IMG/VR virus record: IMGVR_UViG_3300017780_002673
Location: 1-43,747 of that record
DNA from: a virus
Lineage: Duplodnaviria; Caudoviricetes
DNA: 43,747 nucleotides
Strand: one strand, 5' to 3'
Part shown: piece after piece, positions 1-7,232 of the stretch
How the letters are laid out: every line of letters begins with the position of its first letter
Position numbering within the stretch: the first letter of the stretch is position 1
Program-made: the position numbers and the translations under genes
The notes under the pieces: model-generated
What the model saw: only the letters and a program-made list of their open reading frames with translations
What the model was told of the DNA's origin: nothing
The model's database searches: none

Positions 1-123
1 GATACTTGTATTGGTGCTGGTAGAAACTGCCGGAAATGATCGCCGTCATGTGCCCGCCATCGGCGCGGCGGCCGAAGGCAATCTCGCGGCCTTGCTGGTG
101 GCCGGCGAAGGCGCTCATGTGCA
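1..123 (+). repeat. Terminal direct repeat, left copy (identical to 43625-43747); circular-assembly overlap
   Basis: gatacttgtattggtg...gctcatgtgca at both ends; falls inside a CDS that reads through the junction. Confidence 0.95.
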
Positions 124-769
124 GCTTGCGCAGCAGTTCCGCTGCCGTCGTGATCGGGCGACCCATCACGCCGGACGGGAAGTAGTGGCAGAACGCCACC
201 CCGCCGATGCTGACCGGCTGCAGGAACTTGTGCTGCCGCCAGCCGTAGTCCTTCAGCCGCAGGTCGTCCAGCGACATTAGCCCTTCCAGGCGCGGATCCT
301 CGTTGACTGCCCGTTCGATGTGACTTTCGTGGTTGCCTTCGGTGAACTCCAGATGCGGCTTCCAGCCCCGAACCTTGGCGATTGGCGCCATCAGCAGTTC
401 CATGGCGCGGTGAAAGGCGTCAAGGTCTTTGCGATAGCGCCGGCCTTCAAACTCCAGCTTGCCGCGGCCAAACTGCGACAGGCTGGGGAAGTCACCGAAG
501 TCGCCAATGCAGACGATCACGTCCGGGCGTTTCTCTGCCAGGTATTTGCCATACCATGTCAGGTGATCCAGCGGCACGTCCGGCATGGCTTGCACGTCCG
601 GGATGGTGGCGATCTTCAGGCCATCCTTCGGCACCTTGATGCCCAAGTCCTGCACCACGCCAACCGAGCGGTTCATGGCGGCCGACACTGAATCAGGGCC
701 GGCGCCCTTGACCTTCAGCCAATACTTGCGGTCGGCTTCCCGTTTCTTGGTGATGTCTTTGTAGGGCAT
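1..769 (-). CDS. Calcineurin-like metallophosphoesterase, 5' part (wraps across the junction to 43509; 294 aa in total)
   Basis: Manual translation from ATG 769: MPYKDITKK...IPDVQ...IGDFGD...EGNHE...CHYF...AGHQQ; absent from ORF track because it runs off the edge; TGATG overlap with upstream gene. Confidence 0.88.
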   Translation of the reverse strand, partial: MPYKDITKKREADRKYWLKVKGAGPDSVSAAMNRSVGVVQDLGIKVPKDGLKIATIPDVQAMPDVPLDHLTWYGKYLAEKRPDVIVCIGDFGDFPSLSQFGRGKLEFEGRRYRKDLDAFHRAMELLMAPIAKVRGWKPHLEFTEGNHESHIERAVNEDPRLEGLMSLDDLRLKDYGWRQHKFLQPVSIGGVAFCHYFPSGVMGRPITTAAELLRKLHMSAFAGHQQGREIAFGRRADGGHMTAIISGSFYQHQYKY

Positions 770-1176
770 CAGTTGCGCCCCCCATTGGCAGCCCATTGCT
801 CAGCAATAGAAGGGCTGTTCCGCGTATCCAGCCCCGCCGCCTTCTTCTCCAGCAGCTTCTCCAGATTACCCATCGCGCGCCAGGCCAGCTTGGTGGCGTG
901 CAATACCCCGTCCGTATCGGTCGGCACGCCCATGGCGTCGTCCAGCATGTGCCGCACCAGCGCATCCATCTCGTCACCGGACTTGCTGCGATCCCAGTGA
1001 AGCGGCTTCCCCGGATTGTGCTGGTCGTTGCCGATGCGGGATAGTTCGGCTACGGCAATCATACCGCGTGGGAAATACTTGATGAACCCGCTGTAGACCG
1101 GAATGGCTTTGCGGGCAGCTGCGTCGGTGGGGAGAGCGGCTTTCGCTTGGGCTTGCAAGTCAAGGCCGATTGTCAT
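769..1176 (-). CDS. DUF5664 / dATP-dGTP diphosphohydrolase-like protein
   Basis: DALVRHM...DTDGVLHATKLAWRAM pattern characteristic of this phage family; coupled to the phosphoesterase. Confidence 0.7.
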   Translation of the reverse strand: MTIGLDLQAQAKAALPTDAAARKAIPVYSGFIKYFPRGMIAVAELSRIGNDQHNPGKPLHWDRSKSGDEMDALVRHMLDDAMGVPTDTDGVLHATKLAWRAMGNLEKLLEKKAAGLDTRNSPSIAEQWAANGGRN

Positions 1177-1367
1177 TTCGGGATTTCCTTTCCATTCCAG
1201 TGCATTGGTTTATGGTTCAACGATAAGCATACCGTGGATCGGATGCGGTTGTCAACCGTTTTCACTTGGCTTGCCGCCTGTTCGCAGGCGATCACGCCTT
1301 TAAAGGGACCGACCTGCTGGGGTGGCGTGACGTTGCCGATGAACGTCAGGTACAGGATGTAGATCAT
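1173..1367 (-). CDS. Hypothetical protein (MIYILYLTFIG...)
   Basis: ATG at 1367 overlapping upstream stop; 3' part of ORF 1173..1517. Confidence 0.6.
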   Translation of the reverse strand: MIYILYLTFIGNVTPPQQVGPFKGVIACEQAASQVKTVDNRIRSTVCLSLNHKPMHWNGKEIPK

Positions 1368-1606
1368 TTGCGGTGTATCCGCATGGCCAAGAGACACCCA
1401 AGACCGGAGCCAATACCGATGGCCAGCACACCCGGCACTGTCGGTCCGACTGCAGCGATGTACCCAACAATGTAGAATTCGCACACGGTCATGCCAAGGG
1501 ACGTAGGCAGGATCCATCGCTGCGCGTCCCGCACCACGTTGATCTGCTGCATGGCCTTCAGGCAGATATAGACGAAGGATGCAGCGAAGGCAGCTAAGTA
1601 ACTCAT
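1364..1606 (-). CDS. Small membrane protein (about 3 hydrophobic segments)
   Basis: Hydrophobic 80 aa ORF with ATGA overlaps on both sides. Confidence 0.75.
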   Translation of the reverse strand: MSYLAAFAASFVYICLKAMQQINVVRDAQRWILPTSLGMTVCEFYIVGYIAAVGPTVPGVLAIGIGSGLGCLLAMRIHRK

Positions 1607-1761
1607 GCTTTGAGTAGCAGGTAAGTCCAGAAAATCACCATCTGGATCGCACCGAACACCCGGCCATGGTCCGGCTTGGCGTCGTAGTATTCATGGATCA
1701 GCTGCATAATGCCGGCACCCAGACCCATGTATAGCAACTGCTCTGCGATTGAGGGGATCAC
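1603..1761 (-). CDS. Small membrane protein, 52 aa (VIPSIAEQLLYMGLGAG...)
   Basis: Manual translation; GTG start overlaps RuvC stop and fills the gap exactly. Confidence 0.6.
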   Translation of the reverse strand: MIPSIAEQLLYMGLGAGIMQLIHEYYDAKPDHGRVFGAIQMVIFWTYLLLKA

Positions 1762-2243
1762 GTCATCTCGCTCCCATAAAGTGCCAGCAGTGCCGCTTCT
1801 GCCCGGCCGTCATGCTTCTTCAACTGCCACAGGTGGGTGAATTGGGGAAACCTGCGACTCGCTTCCCCGCGGCTGGCGTCCTTGTTCTGGCCGAGCAGCC
1901 CGTATTTCCTTTTCCACACCTGCGGCGGTACCGTGCGTATTTCAATGCCACAGGCTGCAATAATACCGTGAATACAGCCGGTTGTAAAGCCAAAATTGAA
2001 CGCGGACGTGACCCCCTGGCCGGGCATGGTGCCAACCTGTTCCACCACGGCGAACTTGATCAAGGGCCGCTGTATCTCCAGCCAGGCTGATAATTGGTAC
2101 GGGTCGATCTGGCGTTTCTCTTTCTTATTGACCGTGCGCGTGGTGGTCGGAATGTCGAACACGTCCACGGCGCCGGCGTTCAGCATCGCCATGGCGCCCG
2201 ATAAGCCGGGGTCTACGCCGAGAATCCAGGTGTTCATGGTCAA
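1758..2243 (-). CDS. ruvC: RuvC-like Holliday junction resolvase
   Basis: ILGVDPGLSGA, VVEQV, SAFNFG, PQVWK, DGRAEAALLA motifs. Confidence 0.9.
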   Translation of the reverse strand: MTMNTWILGVDPGLSGAMAMLNAGAVDVFDIPTTTRTVNKKEKRQIDPYQLSAWLEIQRPLIKFAVVEQVGTMPGQGVTSAFNFGFTTGCIHGIIAACGIEIRTVPPQVWKRKYGLLGQNKDASRGEASRRFPQFTHLWQLKKHDGRAEAALLALYGSEMT

Positions 2244-2464
2244 CCCCCAAACAGCCGCGACAACCAGCTTTTAGGCTCGGGTGGCTTCGGTTCAAACAGC
2301 TTTCCTTCGAGGCCGCACTCGTCCATTTCCCTCGCCGTTACGGTGCTAATCAGGTCGCCTGTGTAGGCTATGTTCGGGTGTGTGCAGATATTAGGCGGTA
2401 GTCCTAATTCGCTGCCGATAAAAATATGGCGTTTACACTCTCTGCATTGCGGTATGTGTTTCAC
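2240..2464 (-). CDS. Hypothetical Cys-rich protein
   Basis: CxxC...C...C; overlaps with both neighbours. Confidence 0.65.
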   Translation of the reverse strand: MKHIPQCRECKRHIFIGSELGLPPNICTHPNIAYTGDLISTVTAREMDECGLEGKLFEPKPPEPKSWLSRLFGG

Positions 2465-2601
2465 GATTGCTCCTTCAGCTTCCGTTTAAACCACGCAGCG
2501 ACATCCTCGACAAGCGATCCGTCATAGGCGCACCACACACAGAAAAAGAATGTTCCGAGCATGAAGTCGAACCATTCAACGGTAATCGTTCCGATGTGCA
2601 T
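2461..2601 (-). CDS. Small hydrophobic protein
   Basis: AAGGAG RBS before ATG 2601. Confidence 0.55.
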   Translation of the reverse strand: MHIGTITVEWFDFMLGTFFFCVWCAYDGSLVEDVAAWFKRKLKEQS

Positions 2602-2603
2602 AA

Positions 2604-2840
2604 TTACTCCTTTACCTTCAGTTTCCTGATAGCTTCGGCGCACTGTGAGCGTTCAATAATCCCGCCCGTTGTAAACGGCTTGGGTGAGTTTGTCTCGCAC
2701 TCCTTCGCCGCCAGTTCAAGGGCTTCGTTGACGGCTAGGGTGATTGTTTCAGAAATCATTTTTTCTACAGCGGATACATTTTTATTTCCGGCTACTCTGC
2801 CCGTTGTTATAAATGCCAACTCCTTAATTCTCTCTTTCAT
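2604..2840 (-). CDS. Hypothetical protein
   Basis: ALELAAKECE...CAEAIR pattern common in small phage early proteins; AAGGAG RBS. Confidence 0.7.
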   Translation of the reverse strand: MKERIKELAFITTGRVAGNKNVSAVEKMISETITLAVNEALELAAKECETNSPKPFTTGGIIERSQCAEAIRKLKVKE

Positions 2841-3184
2841 GATTGCTCCTTTATGGCTGCGAGTTTGGCTTCTGCTGCTTCGGCGCGGTCTTCAAAATCC
2901 ATCATACGTCGCGCATACATAGCTGCGACTTTTAGAGCCTTACTGCGTTTCTCTTCCGTCCGTTTCAGCAGGTCGCGCAGGGTGTCGATGTATTCCTGAG
3001 TTTGTTTTGACACAATAAATTCAGAAAAAACACCGACGCCTCCTTCTCTTGGCTGTTCCGGCACCTGCACAGCATCAATGGCTTTCAGTCGTTGGAGGCT
3101 AGCGAGTTTTGCATTTTCATATTCGCTATTGGTTCCATTGCATACCCCGCGCTGGTGTTCTATCTGCTCGTCAATCGGAATCAT
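2837..3184 (-). CDS. Hypothetical coiled-coil protein (MIPIDEQIEH...)
   Basis: GGAGG RBS before ATG 3184; ATGA overlap. Confidence 0.65.
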   Translation of the reverse strand: MIPIDEQIEHQRGVCNGTNSEYENAKLASLQRLKAIDAVQVPEQPREGGVGVFSEFIVSKQTQEYIDTLRDLLKRTEEKRSKALKVAAMYARRMMDFEDRAEAAEAKLAAIKEQS

Positions 3185-3324
3185 AAAAACCTCCACACCA
3201 GGTAGCCAGCACCGAAACCAAGCCCGAACATCGCCATCGCAAAGCCCAACGTAAACAGGCCGTCGAACAGATCGCTGGTCAGGCAGTCGCATCGACGGCC
3301 CTGATCGCAATTACCGTTGCACAT
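3181..3324 (-). CDS. Small Cys-rich membrane-anchored protein (MCNGNCDQGRRCDC...)
   Basis: AAGGAG RBS; CxxxCxQGRxC N-terminus and C-terminal hydrophobic helix. Confidence 0.65.
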   Translation of the reverse strand: MCNGNCDQGRRCDCLTSDLFDGLFTLGFAMAMFGLGFGAGYLVWRFL

Positions 3325-3667
3325 TCTGATTCTCCTTTTTCCAGGTTTCCCAATAGTCGCGCAGATCCGACGACCCGTAGTGATCGTAGCCTCGGCAGTG
3401 CAGCAGTTCATGCGCCAGCACATTATTCAGCCACAGGTATATCCGGCAGCGCATTTCGTCGAAATTGATATACGCGCAGCCTAGCATCGGGCCAATCAAT
3501 ATCACCTCGGCCACGTTACGGCCGCACTTCTCTTGCGTTTCCCAGAACCCGGTTTCTTCGACTGTCACTTCCAGCTGTGGCCAGTCGGCAGGTGGCGCCC
3601 GGTGCTCGTTGACTACCGTGCAGCCCGCAAGGGCTAACACGGCAGCCGCGATTACCGCGCGCTTCAT
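3311..3667 (-). CDS. Predicted lipoprotein with HExxH zinc-peptidase motif
   Basis: MKRAVIAAAVLALAGC lipobox; LAHELLHCRGYDH. Confidence 0.8.
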   Translation of the reverse strand: MKRAVIAAAVLALAGCTVVNEHRAPPADWPQLEVTVEETGFWETQEKCGRNVAEVILIGPMLGCAYINFDEMRCRIYLWLNNVLAHELLHCRGYDHYGSSDLRDYWETWKKENQNVQR

Positions 3668-3858
3668 TCTGTCACCACCGGGGTTTCCCGTTTCTCAGCC
3701 TTTTCCCGCTCGGCCACTTCGTAATTGACAGAGCAGTAGCCGAAGCACTGGATACAGTCACAGCCCGGCAACGGATTACCGCGCCGGCCAGTATCAAATA
3801 CCTGGCTGATCGGTTTTTCAGCCTGCGACAGATAACGAACGGTGTTTTTCATGCCCAT
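3664..3858 (-). CDS. Hypothetical protein with CxCxxCxxxC motif
   Basis: GCDCIQCFGYC; directly downstream of promoter 3881-3909. Confidence 0.65.
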   Translation of the reverse strand: MGMKNTVRYLSQAEKPISQVFDTGRRGNPLPGCDCIQCFGYCSVNYEVAEREKAEKRETPVVTE

Positions 3859-3880
3859 GATTCTTGTCTCCGATTGTAAG

Positions 3881-3909
3881 AGGATACGCGATTACTGCGG
3901 GGTTGTCAA
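3881..3909 (-). promoter_or_regulatory. Sigma70-type early promoter
   Basis: TTGACA-N17-TATCCT on minus strand; a motif copy lies in the spacer. Confidence 0.75.
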
Positions 3910-4100
3910 TGTTGCCCAATACCGCCGGCCGGTTCGTCCTTGGCGCCGGTTACAGCGTACAGCCCGGCCACCACTTGCGCAGCATCGGCGCGATTACCGC
4001 AGACGGCGATAATCCGATCCGCCAGTCGATCCTTGGGGTGCTCCGGATCCGTCTGGACTACCAGAAAGCTATCGCCCTGGGGTTTGATATGGTAGTTCAT
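3906..4100 (-). CDS. Hypothetical protein (MNYHIKPQG...)
   Basis: ATGA overlap with upstream gene. Confidence 0.6.
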   Translation of the reverse strand: MNYHIKPQGDSFLVVQTDPEHPKDRLADRIIAVCGNRADAAQVVAGLYAVTGAKDEPAGGIGQH

Positions 4101-4465
4101 GCGCGCACCCCATTGGTGTAATCGGCCATTTTGTGATGCGTGGCACGGCAAAACTGCAGCATGTACCGTTCAACTTCAGCGTCCGGCTTTCCGCCCCAAT
4201 TCGGGTACATTGAATTGTGCCGACCATCGGAATTCTGGCCCTTGCGAGTTTCTGCCATGATCTTGGCAATGGCTTTCTGTGCGCTCACGCCGTCGATCTC
4301 TTTGTAAGGTTCACCGTTTTTATACACGATTACCGGCTCGAAATCAGCGTCGATTTTGCTGGCCTTCGCTTTTACCTTCACTTCAGAAACCGTGCAGCCG
4401 GGGAGCATTGAACGCACATCGGCCAGGGTCATTTCATCGGGTGCGATTACTGTGAACTTGCGCAT
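4097..4465 (-). CDS. Hypothetical protein (MRKFTVIAP...)
   Basis: GGAG RBS before ATG 4465. Confidence 0.7.
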   Translation of the reverse strand: MRKFTVIAPDEMTLADVRSMLPGCTVSEVKVKAKASKIDADFEPVIVYKNGEPYKEIDGVSAQKAIAKIMAETRKGQNSDGRHNSMYPNWGGKPDAEVERYMLQFCRATHHKMADYTNGVRA

Positions 4466-4477
4466 GATTTTCTCCAA

Positions 4478-4678
4478 TCAAAAAGGTGCATCGTCAATAT
4501 CCCCGGCGATTACCGGGGGTTTTACGGTCCTGCCGCGATTACCGCGCAGGCCCATAATACTGGTATTTTTTGGCGTGTCAATAGGTTTATCCGCGATTAC
4601 CGGCGGATCCGATAAGTCGGGCGCGATTACCGCAGGGGGAAATGGCCAGGTTTCGGGCAGATTTACCATAGGTTCCAA
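4478..4678 (-). CDS. Small Pro-rich protein ending in DIDDAPF (SSB-tail-like)
   Basis: WPFP motif and acidic-PF C-terminus; ORF overlaps a promoter and four motif copies. Confidence 0.55.
   Translation of the reverse strand: MEPMVNLPETWPFPPAVIAPDLSDPPVIADKPIDTPKNTSIMGLRGNRGRTVKPPVIAGDIDDAPF
4554..4581 (-). promoter_or_regulatory. Sigma70-type early promoter
   Basis: TTGACA-N16-TATTAT on minus strand, flanked by GCGATTACCG copies. Confidence 0.7.
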
Positions 4679-4750
4679 GGCCGGGCGTTAGGGTGAAACC
4701 GCCAATAAATGCGCATAGCCTTTCTGGCGTATTTCGTAAGGCCGTGCAGC

Positions 4751-4806
4751 TCCGCCACTTCGGCGTGCGCCTGTAAATTCAATAGGCGCCTGCGCCGAAG
4801 GGCGGA
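4751..4806 (-). other. Long imperfect intergenic hairpin (RNase III-site-like)
   Basis: tccgcc/ggcgga, cttcggcg/cgccgaag and gcgcct/aggcgc nested arms; no U-tract. Confidence 0.55.
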
Positions 4807-4810
4807 AAGG

Positions 4811-4954
4811 TTACGCCAGAGCATAGCCAATAAACAGCAAGACCAAGGGCAGGGCAATGACGCACGCGGCCGCCAGGGCTTCGCCTAGCCATTCGTAGAG
4901 GGTTTCCGGGTATCGCGACACGATGTCGCGATTTATATCGCGATAGTGGCTCAT
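4811..4954 (-). CDS. Small membrane protein, 47 aa (MSHYRDINRD...LLFIGYALA)
   Basis: Manual translation; ATGA overlap with 4951..5163. Confidence 0.6.
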   Translation of the reverse strand: MSHYRDINRDIVSRYPETLYEWLGEALAAACVIALPLVLLFIGYALA

Positions 4955-5163
4955 TGTTTACCTTTCTTTTTCGCTGCACGTTTAGCTGCAACATGCTGGC
5001 GTACTGCCATGTCAAAGCAGGCCGCCAATGTCGTATAAAACACGGTCCGCGTTCGTTCAGGCCGGAACCCGATCACGTCGCCAGGCTCTAGGATCACGAC
5101 AAAGCGACGGCCGCGGTGCGTGCCGATTGTACGGCGATTTACTGTCTTGTTGAGGGGCGTCAT
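4951..5163 (-). CDS. Hypothetical basic protein
   Basis: AAGGA RBS, overlap with neighbours. Confidence 0.7.
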   Translation of the reverse strand: MTPLNKTVNRRTIGTHRGRRFVVILEPGDVIGFRPERTRTVFYTTLAACFDMAVRQHVAAKRAAKKKGKQ

Positions 5164-5366
5164 TCTTTTTCCAGTATTTTAGCTGCCTGGTCCATCAGTT
5201 CAGCGCGCGCCAATTCACGATTAGCGCGGATCCGGCACTCTGTGGCGCTTTCACGCAAAGATTGATGCGCGGATCTTCCCGGCTCTAACCGGACATCCAT
5301 GGTGCCATTTTTGTATTTGATGCACGCATAAGCGTACGCTGCGCCAATCAATAAACGGACTTTCAT
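5160..5366 (-). CDS. Hypothetical protein
   Basis: AGGAG RBS upstream. Confidence 0.7.
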   Translation of the reverse strand: MKVRLLIGAAYAYACIKYKNGTMDVRLEPGRSAHQSLRESATECRIRANRELARAELMDQAAKILEKE

Positions 5367-5393
5367 AATCAATGCTCCTATTCAGATAGTGCG

Positions 5394-5445
5394 AAACCCG
5401 CACCGCCTAGCGCCCTATTGCTAAGGCGCTGGCCGTTGAGGGTTT
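5394..5445 (-). other. Long imperfect intergenic hairpin (RNase III-site-like)
   Basis: aaaccc/gggttt outer and agcgcc/ggcgct inner arms, directly after a stop codon. Confidence 0.5.
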
Positions 5446-5446
5446 A

Positions 5447-5809
5447 TCAATCAACCAATTCTTGCCATGCTTTCGGCAAATCAACGCCCTCTGCGCTGGC
5501 GTTATAGCGCAGATACTCAACGTCCTCGTGATGTAAATCTTCCGGCTTGTATTCTTCTAGCAAATCAGTCAAGAAACCTTCGTGGCCATCGTACGGCGTG
5601 CTGTGGAATATCTCCAGCGTATCGCCATTCATCATGGCGCATTGATAATCCGCGTTGACCAGAAACACAAAGCCACTATTGTGGTTCATTGCGATTTTCA
5701 CGCCATCGTCGCTGAAACATTCCGGCAATGGTGCGGCCAGCAGTTCTGCAGCCATTGCACGCTCACGTGATCCGAAGTCTGCCAAGTTTTCTGTGTATGC
5801 GTCTTGCAT
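5447..5809 (-). CDS. Hypothetical acidic early protein
   Basis: AAGGA RBS; 120 aa ORF. Confidence 0.75.
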   Translation of the reverse strand: MQDAYTENLADFGSRERAMAAELLAAPLPECFSDDGVKIAMNHNSGFVFLVNADYQCAMMNGDTLEIFHSTPYDGHEGFLTDLLEEYKPEDLHHEDVEYLRYNASAEGVDLPKAWQELVD

Positions 5810-5860
5810 GATATTTCCTTTTCAGATGATCGCCAGAAGGCGAAGGGTTAAATTGTGGGG

Positions 5861-6211
5861 TTAATCTGCGGCCGTAACGGTTTTGACTTGCTGCAAGTGG
5901 CCAGTGTAGACACAGTACCAAGCGCGGAGTTCGCCCTTTGTCCATGCGGCCATCTGTGCAGCGTCTAGCGTGCAGCCTTCATCGGTTTCAGTTACGGCTA
6001 AATCAATGCGGCCGGTTTCGTCGCAAGCATCGCGTTCAATATCGGCCAATGTGCAGCCAACAAAATCTGCAGCCTTTTGCAGGACTTCATCTTTTGTGCG
6101 GCCACGAAAAGATACTTCGATAAAAGTATCAACGGCCGTATCTGGTAAACAGCCATTAGTCCAATCATCTTGTTCAGCGAATTTATACAGGCCATGAATT
6201 ACATATTCCAT
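5861..6211 (-). CDS. Hypothetical acidic early protein (MEYVIHG...)
   Basis: GGAG RBS before ATG 6211. Confidence 0.7.
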   Translation of the reverse strand: MEYVIHGLYKFAEQDDWTNGCLPDTAVDTFIEVSFRGRTKDEVLQKAADFVGCTLADIERDACDETGRIDLAVTETDEGCTLDAAQMAAWTKGELRAWYCVYTGHLQQVKTVTAAD

Positions 6212-6295
6212 GATTGAATTCTCCGGAGTGTGTGAATAACACGGCGCGCAATCAATGCGCCAAGGATAATGCACAGTGCGATGATGATCAACATT

Positions 6296-6508
6296 CTAGT
6301 ATCCGCCTTTTACCAGCAAGTCAGAATCCGCAACCATGGCGCGCAGTTTCTGTGCCGTGTAGCCGTTCACTTTCTTACCACTACTTTCAGCCTTCGCCAG
6401 CATTTCGCGCAAGACTTCCCGATTCTTCGCATGGTGCGCGCGCAGCTGTTCAACAGTGCAGCCAAAAGCATTGGCGCGGGATACTTCGTTTTGCATGTTC
6501 CAGTTCAT
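6296..6508 (-). CDS. Hypothetical protein, first gene after the strong early promoter
   Basis: ORF immediately downstream of promoter 6552-6600. Confidence 0.7.
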   Translation of the reverse strand: MNWNMQNEVSRANAFGCTVEQLRAHHAKNREVLREMLAKAESSGKKVNGYTAQKLRAMVADSDLLVKGGY

Positions 6509-6551
6509 TTTTCGGCCCTTTCGTTTTGTTATACGAGTGATACTGATGCCA

Positions 6552-6600
6552 AGGCTAAACCCCCATTAATTCGATGTCAAGGGGTTTTAATTAATTATTT
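6552..6600 (-). promoter_or_regulatory. Strong sigma70 early promoter with AT-rich UP element
   Basis: TTGACA(6580-6575)-N17-TAGCCT(6557-6552), preceded by aaataattaattaaaa. Confidence 0.75.
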
Positions 6601-6620
6601 AATTGTTTATTTCGGGCATT

Positions 6621-6646
6621 AAAAAAGGCGCCGAAGCGCCTTAAAA
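6621..6646 (-). terminator. Rho-independent terminator
   Basis: aaggcgc-TTCG-gcgcctt followed by a T-run on the minus strand, after gene 6661..7023. Confidence 0.85.
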
Positions 6647-6660
6647 TCAGCACGTTAGGG

Positions 6661-7023
6661 CTATTTCTTGGCGTATTTTGCGTGTTCTGCCGCCACTAAT
6701 TCGTCATATTCTTGCTGATTAATTCCCAGCGCATCCATCAAATAGGCCGGATTTAATTCCGTTGCGCATATCATTTCAATCCATTTGCGCAGCTCTGGCG
6801 CGTGCTGTTCTAACAACCAGCAGTCGCCGCCGCTTCGGCAACGGTTCATGTGAACTATCCATGTCAAGTTTGCCGCCTTGCGTCCCTTGAACCATGGCGC
6901 CTCGCAAATAATCTTGACATTGCGATACAGGGGCATTTCGTCTCTGAAGTCTCGCACGTACAATTTGACGCCAGGGCGTTCACCGATGCACGAATCAGGA
7001 TCAGGAATTATAAGTTTGGGCAT
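6661..7023 (-). CDS. Hypothetical protein, monocistronic and divergent from terS
   Basis: AGGAG RBS; own terminator. Confidence 0.75.
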   Translation of the reverse strand: MPKLIIPDPDSCIGERPGVKLYVRDFRDEMPLYRNVKIICEAPWFKGRKAANLTWIVHMNRCRSGGDCWLLEQHAPELRKWIEMICATELNPAYLMDALGINQQEYDELVAAEHAKYAKK

Positions 7024-7083
7024 TTCGTTACGTCTCCTATAGTGGGTTACGTATCTAATATACCATACAACGGTCTATTTTGC

Positions 7084-7151
7084 GCCTCGGTATGGTGTTC
7101 CGGTAGGATGGGTGTATAGCCTATAAGGCTACACCCCAACCGTACCGAGGC
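7084..7151. repeat. Nested inverted repeat at the strand-divergence point (candidate origin or cruciform)
   Basis: gcctcggtatggt / accgtaccgaggc arms enclosing gggtg..tagcct-ata-aggcta-caccc. Confidence 0.6.
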
Positions 7152-7232
7152 AAAACCCGAACGAAAAAACCCTACTGGCAACCCTATAGTGTATCGGCGC
7201 AGCCGCTTTTGTGGTGTGTGGTATTCTGAAAT

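Larger units (their letters stand above)
3307..4632 (+). repeat. Dispersed same-strand GCGATTACCG motif cluster (6 exact and 5 variant copies)
   Basis: Exact at 3648, 3990, 4506, 4535, 4593, 4623; variants near 3307, 3772, 3888, 4326, 4443. Confidence 0.85.

Noticed and set aside
1-123. 123-bp terminal repeat as a biological DTR
   Set aside because: It lies in the middle of an intact CDS, so it is most simply an assembler overlap of a circular or permuted contig
769-1176. 2-aminoadenine (Z) genome pathway suggested by DUF5664
   Set aside because: No PurZ or DatZ-like gene seen, and an adenine methyltransferase is encoded
4506-4632. Mini-CRISPR array from regularly spaced repeats
   Set aside because: Repeats are only about 10 bp with ~20-bp gaps; no cas genes (DUF2800 is a standard replication-module nuclease)
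4663-5015. ORF-track calls 4663..4857 and 4779..5015
   Set aside because: Better explained by the coupled 47-aa ORF 4811..4954 plus an intergenic hairpin
7030-7195. CACTATAGG twice on the minus strand, resembling T7/SP6 promoter cores
   Set aside because: No single-subunit RNA polymerase gene is present; one copy overlaps an RBS; not repeated before late genes
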